In this document: in pieces, positions 8,156 to 16,641 of the stretch | How positions within the stretch are numbered: the first letter of the stretch is position 1 | Layout: the number at the start of each line of letters is the position of its first letter | IMG/VR virus record: IMGVR_UViG_3300045988_142974 | Coordinates: 96,001 to 160,000 of that record | DNA: 64,000 nt | Reading direction: 5' to 3' (one strand) | Source: a virus | Program-made: the position numbers and the translations under genes | The notes under the pieces: generated by a model | Database searches by the model: none | What the model saw: the letters and a program-made list of their open reading frames with translations, nothing else | Told to the model about the DNA's origin: nothing

Positions 8156-9712
8156 ATGACAATGGTAGGAAGAGACAAAGTAAAAAAAGATCAGATGATG
8201 TTAGGAACATTACTTAACCAGTTTAAAAGAGGTCAGATTAATAAGAATCATCCTTTGCAGAGAAAGCCTGATCAATGGACAGATGAGGCAAAGTCAGGGC
8301 TTGCTGCCACTATAATTAAAGGTGAAGATATTGATTCTATTAAGATATGCGAACAGATTGTAAGCTCAACAGAGTTTATTCTTTGGCTTATTGATGGATT
8401 GCAGAGATTAACTGTTCTTGAATCATTTAAGAATAATGCTTTTGAAATTAAGAAGAGTCTTGAAATGCCAATTATGTACTATCAGGGAGTTGATGAGAAT
8501 GGAAAAGTTGGAGTTATCAAATATGATCTTAGAGGTAAAAAGTACAAAGATTTACCAGATGAATTAAAGGAAAAATTCGATAGTTATGCTGTTGATATAG
8601 TTAAACATCTTGATTGTACGGATGAGGAGATTGCTTACCATATTGCAAGATATAACAGACAGACAAGCATGAATGTAAATCAGAAAAATATTTTAGCTGC
8701 TTGGAAGATAGCACCTGAAATTAAGAATCTTACAAATAATCGTTTTTTTAAAGATTGCGGAAATTACAATCCGAAAGAAGACACAAAGGAAGTTTTCAAT
8801 AGAGTTGTATGTGAGTCTATTATGACAATGTTTCATCTTGATAATTGGAAAAAAGCAAAACAGATGAGTATATATCTTAATGACAATGCTACTAAAGAAG
8901 AATTTGATACATTTGAGAGCGAACTTAATAGGTTATATAAAATAATTGACCAGGATACAGTAGGGCAGTTATTTAATGCGAAAAATTCATTCATATGGTT
9001 TGCAGCTTTTCACAAATTCACTGAGTTTGGAATTGAAGACATAAGATTTACTGATTTTCTTGAAGAATTTCAGAGAACATTACATAGTAAGACTTTTGCA
9101 GAATATGAAAACGAAAGTTTTGATACTTATGATGGTAATAAGGGAACTAAGGATAAGAAGGTTGTTAATGCTAAGTTAGATATGATTGAACAGCTTATGA
9201 AGGAATATTTACATATAACAGATGCAACAGAAGATAAGAACGAAACTATATGCAATAAGGAAGAATCTCATTCTGAAACGGACGAAGAATCTTCTGAGGT
9301 AGAAAATAAAAATGAAAATGTTTTAATTAAAACAGAGAATAATAAAGTGGCAAATGAAGATATGTTGGAACAGAATACAGGTAGTCCTGATGTATTAGAT
9401 TTTGTTAAAACAACTGTCGGTGATGATATAGAGATAGAAGATATCGAAGAGTATCAAGAGTTTGTTGATGCTTATGTTCGAATTGATTCTACTTTATATC
9501 AGAATTGTACAGCAGCACTTATTGCATTAACCGCATACGCTTATCGCTTAGACAAAGATGAAGAATTTGCGGAATGGTTGGAGAGATATCAAAGAAACAA
9601 AAGGGAATTTGCCCCTTCGCAAATTGTTAATTACAAATATATGAAGAGAGATTTGGATAATTTCTTAAAATTTACAGAAAACAAGAAGAATGAGAACGTA
9701 AATAATGCTTGA
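8156..9712 (+). CDS. DUF262 (ParB/GmrSD N-terminal-like) domain protein with long acidic C-terminal half
   Basis: Motifs NHPLQRKPDQW and LIDGLQRLT (DGQQR-type). No His-Me/DUF1524-like nuclease motif seen in the C-terminal half. Confidence 0.7.
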   Translation: MTMVGRDKVKKDQMMLGTLLNQFKRGQINKNHPLQRKPDQWTDEAKSGLAATIIKGEDIDSIKICEQIVSSTEFILWLIDGLQRLTVLESFKNNAFEIKKSLEMPIMYYQGVDENGKVGVIKYDLRGKKYKDLPDELKEKFDSYAVDIVKHLDCTDEEIAYHIARYNRQTSMNVNQKNILAAWKIAPEIKNLTNNRFFKDCGNYNPKEDTKEVFNRVVCESIMTMFHLDNWKKAKQMSIYLNDNATKEEFDTFESELNRLYKIIDQDTVGQLFNAKNSFIWFAAFHKFTEFGIEDIRFTDFLEEFQRTLHSKTFAEYENESFDTYDGNKGTKDKKVVNAKLDMIEQLMKEYLHITDATEDKNETICNKEESHSETDEESSEVENKNENVLIKTENNKVANEDMLEQNTGSPDVLDFVKTTVGDDIEIEDIEEYQEFVDAYVRIDSTLYQNCTAALIALTAYAYRLDKDEEFAEWLERYQRNKREFAPSQIVNYKYMKRDLDNFLKFTENKKNENVNNA

Positions 9713-10081
9713 TATTACAATGTGCACAAGTAAAAGTTGTAATAAGAGAGAATGTTGTTACAGGGCTATGAAAAAAACAATAAAGCACAAATATTAGTGA
9801 AATTGAGAAAGGAGATTGAGAAAAATAAAAATGTGTAATGGAGATACAGAATTTTAAAGGAGAATAAATAAAATGAATGAAAATTTACAAATTCAGGAAT
9901 TAAGAGAACAACTACATGAATATTCAAAAGAACATTGGTTGAGCTTTGTATTAAATTAATGAGAGAACAAGAAAAATATAATACGAAAATATAGATAACT
10001 TGAAAGTTAGTAAGAAAAGAAGATTATGGATTTTAGTAGGAGAGTAAATTCTCTTTCTTTGGAAAATTAGGAGTTTTACAG

Positions 10082-10417
10082 ATGGAAATGTTAAAAAAAT
10101 ATTCAGAAAAATATGGATTAAAAGAAGTAGTAAATGATTATGGAGAGCATCGTCAGACACGAGAAAGAAGCATTGTATTTCCGAATGGATGGGTTGCTTC
10201 TATTGTAGAAAATAATGGTGTTGATACATATAAGCCAAACGGAGAACACATAAAAGAATTTAAGTCGAATAAGAACTATTCTGTTGCAATGTGTGATTAT
10301 CATGGATACTTCGATTGGGATATTCTTAATCAATTTGGAGCAATTGATGGATGTATTTATTGTGATGATGAACTTGAAATATTGGTCGCTTGTGAAACGA
10401 TTAGGAGATTACAGTAA
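10082..10417 (+). CDS. hypothetical protein
   Basis: ORF track; SD AGGAG upstream. Confidence 0.55.
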   Translation: MEMLKKYSEKYGLKEVVNDYGEHRQTRERSIVFPNGWVASIVENNGVDTYKPNGEHIKEFKSNKNYSVAMCDYHGYFDWDILNQFGAIDGCIYCDDELEILVACETIRRLQ

Positions 10418-10456
10418 CAAGAAAGTTCGATTTCTTTGGAAGAGAGGTGAAAATAA

Positions 10457-10615
10457 ATGGCATGTGATTATTGTGCGTACCGTTATTCTTATGATTGTGA
10501 TGATGGTTGGAATCGCCATAAAAATTGTAAAAGTTTTAAGTTAGATTGGGATAGTTTATCTGAGAAAGATAAGAAAACCATTCAGAAGATTTTGGATAGA
10601 AGAGAGGTAAAGTAA
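10457..10615 (+). CDS. small Cys-rich hypothetical protein (52 aa)
   Basis: Hand translation MACDYCAYRYSYDCDDGW...; SD GAGAGGTGA upstream; TAATG overlap with the next gene. Confidence 0.4.
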   Translation: MACDYCAYRYSYDCDDGWNRHKNCKSFKLDWDSLSEKDKKTIQKILDRREVK

Positions 10616-10944
10616 TGGAAAATATAAGAAGATGGTTTGAGAATGACAAAATAAACAATGGTCAGGATTACGAGATTTATGAATACGAAGGTCACTTAGA
10701 AGCAAGAACAGATACAGTTATTTTTATGATAGTAGAGCCTCATAGCGGAACAAAAAATAGATGGATGCTTAGAGTTTCAACGGAAAGTGCTTTTGATAGA
10801 TGGGCTAATTCCACAGCCATTGAAGAGTTTTTCGATAGTGACATTGAATTATGTAATTATTTATACGAACATCAATTAGATATTTATAAGGATTTAGTTG
10901 AATATTTATCAAGAGAATATGATGATGTAGCAGAAGTTTACTAA
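10615..10944 (+). CDS. hypothetical protein
   Basis: ORF track. Confidence 0.6.
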   Translation: MENIRRWFENDKINNGQDYEIYEYEGHLEARTDTVIFMIVEPHSGTKNRWMLRVSTESAFDRWANSTAIEEFFDSDIELCNYLYEHQLDIYKDLVEYLSREYDDVAEVY

Positions 10945-10973
10945 GAAAACTTCGTTTCATTGTAAAAAATTTC

Positions 10974-11017
10974 TGAGCGATTCAGCTCAATAAAATTCCC
11001 AAATTAAAAAGAGAATA
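10974..11017 (+). promoter_or_regulatory. intergenic cassette: GATTCA-loop hairpin + AAAATTCCCAAA + AGAGAATA box
   Basis: TGAGC-GATTCA-GCTCA (10974-10989); AGAGAATA at 11010-11017, 60 nt upstream of the ATPase start. Confidence 0.4.
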
Positions 11018-11076
11018 TAGATATGTAACCAATTAACATTCACATATAAAAATTATAGAAAAGGAGAGTAAAACAG

Positions 11077-13677
11077 ATGAATGGATTGAGTAGTAAAGAA
11101 GTTCTCAAAAGTAGAGAGCTTCATGGAAGTAATAAGCTTCCTGAACCAAAGTTGGACAAGTGGTATGACTTCGCAAAGGAGGCATTAAGTGAGAAAATCA
11201 CAATGATTCTTATTGCAATTGCAGTATTGCAGTTATTCCTTGGAATCATGGGAGTAATGGATTTATCAGATCCAATTATGATTCTTGTTGTATTAGCAAT
11301 TGTAACATGTATTGCTGTTAAGACTGGACTTGGTGTTCAAAAATCAGCAGCAGAGTTGAGAGCCAAAACATCAGTCAGGTATTGTGACGTAATTCGTGAT
11401 GGCAAAGTTCAAACAATTAATAAGGATGAATTGGTAGTTGGTGATATTGTTTGTGTAGGAATGGGACAAGAGATTTTTGCAGATGGATATCTCATTGAAG
11501 GTAAGATTTCTGTAAACAATGCAGCCATTAATGGAGAAACAAAAGAGTGCAAGAAAACACCAATTGAAGGATATGTTCATAAGAAAACTACTTCAACAGC
11601 TGCTTATACGAATCAGAATTGCTTATTTGCTGGCACAACAGTAATGTCAGGCGAAGGAAAAATGATTGTTACTGATGTAGGTGTGAATACAGTAAATGGT
11701 GATACACTTGTTAAAATGCAAACACTTGAAGCACCAAAGACAGCACTTGATATTGCACTTGATAATCTGAGCGACTTCATTTCTAAGTGGGGAACAATCG
11801 CAGCCGTTATTACATTTGCGGTGCTTACAATTTCAGGAGTTGTACAGGTTGGATTTGGAGAATATTTTAGCGGTGGCGTTCTGAATATTATTCAGAAAAT
11901 CGCACAGAACTTCTCAGTAGCATTAACAATTATTGTAGCTGCTGTTCCCGAAGGATTGCCTCTTATTGTAAAACTTGTAACAAAACAGAATGTAAAGACA
12001 ATGGAGAAATTCAATATTCTTGCTAAGAATCCTGGTAAAATTCCAGAGTTAGCATATGTTGATATTATCTGTACTGATAAGACAGGTACTCTTACGACAG
12101 GTATTATGACTCCAAAGAAGATTATTGATGGCTTTGGTAATGATGTAAATAAGGATTCAGTTCTTTGGAATAATATCAAGGCAAACATTTCTTTAAATAA
12201 TAGTGCAACATTTGATTCAGAAAACAATATTACAGGTGGTAATTCAATTGATAGAGCAGTTCTTAGCCTTGTAAATCCTGAAACATATGCTGACATTCAG
12301 AAAAAATATCCAGTTAAGTTAAAGCAGGTATTTAATAGTAGCAATAAGTATTCAGCTTTTACGACAAAGGATGGAGTTACATACTATAAGGGCGCACCTG
12401 AGAAACTGATTGAGCATTGTACAAAAGTAATGGACTCAAGTGGTGAAATTGTAGAGAATAACGACAATGACACATTAAGTAATGCAATTACAGCAATGAC
12501 AAGCAATGCGATGAGATGCATTGCAGTTACAATGGCAGATGGTGATTTAGTAGAGAATGAAATACCAAATGACATGACATTCCTTGGAATTATTGGTGTT
12601 GTAGATCCTGTAAGAGATGAAGTACCGAGTGCAGTAAAAACAGCACATAAGGCTGGTATTCAAGTTATTGAAATTACAGGCGATTGTATTGAGACAGCAG
12701 TTGCAGTTGCTACAGAGTGTGGAATTTACAAAGATGGAGATTTAGCACTTACAAATGATGAATTTGAAGCGATGTCAGCTGATGAAGTAAAGAGTATAAT
12801 TCCTCGATTGAGAGTTATTTCAAGATGCTCACCAAACACAAAACTCAGACTTGTCACATTAGCACAAGAAATTGGAAAGTCAGTTGCAATGACAGGTGAT
12901 GGTGTAAATGATAGTCCTGCTTTAAAGAGAGCTGATGTTGGTTTTGGTATGCAAGGTGGATCAGATGTTGCAAAAGAAGCTTCAGACATTGTATTGACAG
13001 ATGATAATTTTGCAAGCGTAGTAAAGGCAGTAGAACTTGGAAGAACATTTATGCACAATATTATGATGTTCCTTGAATTCCAGTTACCTATCAATATTTC
13101 ACTTCTAATTCTCAGCGTTATCTATCCAATGATTGCAACGGGCGCATTACTCGCATCGGTTCAGATTCTGATTGTAAATATCATTATGGATTCCCTTAAT
13201 TCACTATCATTCGGTGGCGAACCTCCAAAGGATGAATACATGACAGAGAAACCTATTAAAAAGGGTTCTGGTTTATTCATCAGAGGAGCAAAGAAACGTA
13301 TTGCAATAAGTACAGTAGCTTTTATTGCACTTTATGGAATTATTACATTCAGTCCTATTGCAAATATGTTTGCATCTGAAACAGAAGCTATGACAGCGAG
13401 ATTCGCATTGTTATGCTTTATGGCAGTATTTAATGGATTTAATATTCGTACAGAACACATTAATTTATTCAATGGTATTGGGAAGAACAAACTGTTCTCA
13501 GCCATTGCAATCGGAATTTTTGTAATGACTTTTGCTCTTTGCAACTTTGCAGAAAATCTTATTAAGGTTACAGCTTTAGATTTCAAACATTGGGTAGTAG
13601 TTGTAATTCTAGCGTTTATGGTTATTCCAATTGATCTTATTAGAAAGATTATTGAGAAGAAAAGAGAGAATAAGTAA
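11077..13677 (+). CDS. P-type ATPase, P2 (Ca2+-transporting, PMCA/SERCA/LMCA1-like)
   Basis: CTDKTGTLT phosphorylation site, VPEGLP (M4), TGDGVNDSPALKRADVG hinge, about 10 hydrophobic segments, 866 aa. Confidence 0.92.
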   Translation: MNGLSSKEVLKSRELHGSNKLPEPKLDKWYDFAKEALSEKITMILIAIAVLQLFLGIMGVMDLSDPIMILVVLAIVTCIAVKTGLGVQKSAAELRAKTSVRYCDVIRDGKVQTINKDELVVGDIVCVGMGQEIFADGYLIEGKISVNNAAINGETKECKKTPIEGYVHKKTTSTAAYTNQNCLFAGTTVMSGEGKMIVTDVGVNTVNGDTLVKMQTLEAPKTALDIALDNLSDFISKWGTIAAVITFAVLTISGVVQVGFGEYFSGGVLNIIQKIAQNFSVALTIIVAAVPEGLPLIVKLVTKQNVKTMEKFNILAKNPGKIPELAYVDIICTDKTGTLTTGIMTPKKIIDGFGNDVNKDSVLWNNIKANISLNNSATFDSENNITGGNSIDRAVLSLVNPETYADIQKKYPVKLKQVFNSSNKYSAFTTKDGVTYYKGAPEKLIEHCTKVMDSSGEIVENNDNDTLSNAITAMTSNAMRCIAVTMADGDLVENEIPNDMTFLGIIGVVDPVRDEVPSAVKTAHKAGIQVIEITGDCIETAVAVATECGIYKDGDLALTNDEFEAMSADEVKSIIPRLRVISRCSPNTKLRLVTLAQEIGKSVAMTGDGVNDSPALKRADVGFGMQGGSDVAKEASDIVLTDDNFASVVKAVELGRTFMHNIMMFLEFQLPINISLLILSVIYPMIATGALLASVQILIVNIIMDSLNSLSFGGEPPKDEYMTEKPIKKGSGLFIRGAKKRIAISTVAFIALYGIITFSPIANMFASETEAMTARFALLCFMAVFNGFNIRTEHINLFNGIGKNKLFSAIAIGIFVMTFALCNFAENLIKVTALDFKHWVVVVILAFMVIPIDLIRKIIEKKRENK

Positions 13678-13693
13678 TTGAGGAGATGAGAAC

Positions 13694-13903
13694 ATGGTAA
13701 TGAGAGATAAAAGTTATAAAACAGTAGAGATTATTACTCTTATATGTTTTTCAATTAGTGTTATTACAGTATGTATTACACGCTTTATTCCATTTATTTT
13801 TCTGACATTACTCACATTCCCAATTTCTTTTAAATTATTAAAAGGGAAGGTTGACAGCCTTCCCAAGAATAAGGAGGACAAAAAAATATGTCAATTAGTT
13901 TAG
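13694..13903 (+). CDS. small two-TM membrane protein
   Basis: ORF track; two hydrophobic stretches; overlaps the start of the first TerD gene. Confidence 0.5.
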   Translation: MVMRDKSYKTVEIITLICFSISVITVCITRFIPFIFLTLLTFPISFKLLKGKVDSLPKNKEDKKICQLV

Positions 13904-14466
13904 TTAAAGGTCAGAAGATTGACCTTACAAAATGCAATGCAGGTTTAAACAAAGTCGTATTTGGTCTTGGATGGGACACAAATAGATACGATGGTAATGC
14001 AGATTTCGATTTGGATGTATCAGCATTTTTTACTGATGATTCAGGAAAGGTAACAGGCGAACAGGATTTTGTATTTTATGGTCAGCCACAGCATCCAAGC
14101 GGAGCATTGATTTATTCTGGCGATAATAGAACAGGTGTAGGTGATGGCGATGACGAGACAATGATTGTTGAGTTAAATAAGATTCCATCTAATATTACAA
14201 AGATTAGCTTCTCAGCGACAATTTATGATGCAGAAAATCGTTTACAGAATTTTGGAATGGTTGATAATTCGTACATTAGAGCATACAACGCTGATACAAA
14301 TGAGGAACTTTTCAAATATGAACTTAATGAGGATTTCTCATTAGAGACAGGTGTTATTGCAGGTGAGTTGTATCGTAAGAACGGTGAATGGAAGTTTAAT
14401 GCAGTTGGTTCAGGTTACAATGGTGGTTTAGCTGCTATTGGTAGAAATTTTGGTCTTGATTTATAA
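13888..14466 (+). CDS. TerD-family stress protein (YceD-like)
   Basis: SLVKGQKIDLTK, GLGWD, DFDLD, GDNRTGVGDGDDE (Ca-binding motif), GEWKFNAVGSGYNGGL. Confidence 0.92.
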   Translation: MSISLVKGQKIDLTKCNAGLNKVVFGLGWDTNRYDGNADFDLDVSAFFTDDSGKVTGEQDFVFYGQPQHPSGALIYSGDNRTGVGDGDDETMIVELNKIPSNITKISFSATIYDAENRLQNFGMVDNSYIRAYNADTNEELFKYELNEDFSLETGVIAGELYRKNGEWKFNAVGSGYNGGLAAIGRNFGLDL

Positions 14467-14484
14467 AATGGAAGGAGAATATAT

Positions 14485-15060
14485 ATGTCAGTAAATTTAG
14501 TAAAAGGACAGAAAATTAATTTATCTAAGGAAGTAGCAGGTGGTCTTACAAAGATTATGGTAGGACTTGGATGGGATGCTGTTAAGAAAGGATTCTTTGG
14601 TTCTAAGCCAAACATTGATTGCGATGCTTCGGCAATTATTTTAGGAAAAGATGATAAGTATCGTACATGTGTTTATTATGGTGACAGATCAGCAGAAGAC
14701 AGATGTGTGTATCATCATGGCGACAACCTCACAGGAGATGGAGACGGTGATGATGAGCAGATTACAGTTGACCTTGCGAATATTACAAATAAGGTTGAGA
14801 AGATTGTATTTGTAGTAAATATCTATGATTGTATTTCAAGAAAGCAGGATTTTGGACTTATCAAGAATGCGTACATTAGACTTGTTGATGAGTCAACTGG
14901 TAAGGAAATTTGTAAATATAATCTTTCAGATGATTATGCTGGCAAGACAGCAATGGTATTTGCAGAGGTTTATAAGAAAGACGGAGAGTGGAAATTTAAC
15001 GCCATCGGTCAGGGAACAAATGATTCAAGTGTTAGCGAATTAACAAGAAGATACAAGTAG
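14485..15060 (+). CDS. TerD-family stress protein (divergent paralog)
   Basis: NLVKGQKINLSK, GLGWD, GDNLTGDGDGDDE, GEWKFNAIGQG. Confidence 0.9.
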   Translation: MSVNLVKGQKINLSKEVAGGLTKIMVGLGWDAVKKGFFGSKPNIDCDASAIILGKDDKYRTCVYYGDRSAEDRCVYHHGDNLTGDGDGDDEQITVDLANITNKVEKIVFVVNIYDCISRKQDFGLIKNAYIRLVDESTGKEICKYNLSDDYAGKTAMVFAEVYKKDGEWKFNAIGQGTNDSSVSELTRRYK

Positions 15061-15072
15061 GAGGATTTAATT

Positions 15073-15654
15073 ATGTCAGTTTCGTTAAGTAAAGGACAGA
15101 GAGTAGATTTAACAAAGGGTAGACCGTCATTAAAAAACATTCTTGTTGGACTTGGATGGGATATTAATCATTATGACGGAGAAGCAGATTTTGATCTCGA
15201 TGCCTCTGTGTTTATGACAAAAGAGAATGGTAAGGTTGGCAATGACGAGGATTTCATTTTCTATGGTAATCTTGAACATAGTTCAAAGAGTGTAAAGCAT
15301 ATGGGAGATAACCGTACAGGTGAGGGAGATGGAGATGATGAGGTTATTAAGATTAAACTTGATAAAATCCCATCAGACTATGAGACTCTTGCTGTGACGG
15401 TCACAATTTATGATGCTGAGAGTAGACTTCAGAACTTCGGTATGGTTGGAAATGCATATGTGCGTGTAGTAGACGAAGAGACAGGCGAGGAACTTATTCG
15501 TTTTGATTTAAGTGAAGACTTCTCTACCGAGACTGCGTTAGTCGTAGCTGAAATATATAAACATAATGGCGAATGGAAGTTTAAGGCTGTAGGAAGTGGC
15601 TATAACGGTGGATTAAAGGCATTATGTAATCAGTATGGAATTGATGCAGAGTAG
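15073..15654 (+). CDS. TerD-family stress protein (YceE-like)
   Basis: SLSKGQRVDLTK, GLGWD, DFDLD, GDNRTGEGDGDDE, GEWKFKAVGSGYNGGL. Confidence 0.92.
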   Translation: MSVSLSKGQRVDLTKGRPSLKNILVGLGWDINHYDGEADFDLDASVFMTKENGKVGNDEDFIFYGNLEHSSKSVKHMGDNRTGEGDGDDEVIKIKLDKIPSDYETLAVTVTIYDAESRLQNFGMVGNAYVRVVDEETGEELIRFDLSEDFSTETALVVAEIYKHNGEWKFKAVGSGYNGGLKALCNQYGIDAE

Positions 15655-15663
15655 GAGGATTGT

Positions 15664-16413
15664 ATGACAAATTTTATGTTTATTATAATTGTGGTAATTG
15701 TATTAATTGCACTGATTCTTTTCTTTACTCCTTTTGGTAAACAGCTTAGAGTAAAGTTTAAAGGAAGAACAGATGAAGTAATGCGCCAGGATGCACAAAC
15801 ACCAGAAGGTGCTAGAGATTATTACAATGTAGCCATTAGAGAAAAGGAAGAATTTTATAACAAGGCTTCTGCTACATATGCAGAGATTTCAGGAAAGCGT
15901 GACACAGCAGAGAAAGATTTATACCAGGCGAACAAAGATATTATGCGTGTTACACAGCAGATTAACGCTTGTCTTGATGAGAACAAAGAAGATGAAGCAA
16001 TGCAGTATGCAATGAAGAAGTCTACTTTGGAGAATAAGATTAATGTGCTAAAAGATACAATCGAAGAGATGAAAGAAGCACAGGCTCATCAGAAAGACAT
16101 TCGTGATCAGGCAGCCGAAGAATTGCAGAAACTTAAAGAGGAAAAGGAACAGGTTCTTTTTCAGATGGAAGCTGATAGTCAGATTATCGAACTTCATCAG
16201 AGTATGGACAGTCTCAATACCAACAATGAGAGTGATAGAATGCTTGAAAGAGTTCGTGAAGGAGCAAGAAAGACAAGAGAACGTGCAGAAGGAAGTAGAA
16301 TTGCATATGATTCTAGCGCACAGGCTAATGAGAGAAGACTTGCTAATTCTGAAAGAGAGCGCAATGCTCGTCAGATTCTTGATGATATGAAGAGACAGAG
16401 AGGTAATAAGTAA
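15664..16413 (+). CDS. PspA/IM30-like coiled-coil protein with N-terminal TM anchor
   Basis: N-terminal hydrophobic helix followed by a long heptad-rich region resembling PspA (…ENKEDEAMQYAMKKSTLENKINVLKDTIEE…). A TelA-like assignment cannot be excluded. Confidence 0.55.
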   Translation: MTNFMFIIIVVIVLIALILFFTPFGKQLRVKFKGRTDEVMRQDAQTPEGARDYYNVAIREKEEFYNKASATYAEISGKRDTAEKDLYQANKDIMRVTQQINACLDENKEDEAMQYAMKKSTLENKINVLKDTIEEMKEAQAHQKDIRDQAAEELQKLKEEKEQVLFQMEADSQIIELHQSMDSLNTNNESDRMLERVREGARKTRERAEGSRIAYDSSAQANERRLANSERERNARQILDDMKRQRGNK

Positions 16414-16505
16414 TGATTGTATTAAACATTGGAGTTTTCTTAATCTGTCTTGGTGTATGCTTTGGAGCAGGTTTTATCGTGGGAAAACGTAAGAAGAATA
16501 AATAA
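16413..16505 (+). CDS. 30-aa hydrophobic peptide (single TM + KRKKNK tail), translationally coupled
   Basis: Hand translation MIVLNIGVFLICLGVCFGAGFIVGKRKKNK*; TAATG overlap with the 15664..16413 stop. Confidence 0.4.
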   Translation: MIVLNIGVFLICLGVCFGAGFIVGKRKKNK

Positions 16506-16641
16506 TTTAAGGGTTGGTAGGTGTTACAGCCTACTAGCTCTATCAAAGGGTAATAAAATAGACCTTTTAATTTATAAAACGGAGAATATAACATTAGAAA
16601 CAATTAACAAAAATCAATATAAGAAAGAAGAGGTACAAAAT

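Noticed and set aside
9706-10081. Short ORFs in the 370-nt gap after the DUF262 gene (e.g. MLDITMCTSKSCNKRECCYR..., about 31 aa; MNENLQIQELREQLHEY..., about 29 aa)
   Set aside because: They are too short and have weak or absent SDs. The first may be a truncated remnant of a Cys-rich phage protein. I do not report them as genes.
11371-13586. Minus-strand ORFs inside the P-type ATPase gene (11371..11580, 11892..12296, 12384..12575, 12726..13094, 12854..13048, 13332..13586)
   Set aside because: They lie entirely antisense to a gene with unambiguous full-length P-type ATPase motifs. They have no SD and low-complexity translations, so they are shadow ORFs.
13888-15654. Three roughly 580-bp units that look like a tandem DNA repeat
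   Set aside because: They are three diverged TerD paralog genes. Similarity is at the protein-motif level, with different spacers and codons. This is not a nucleotide repeat array or CRISPR-like structure.
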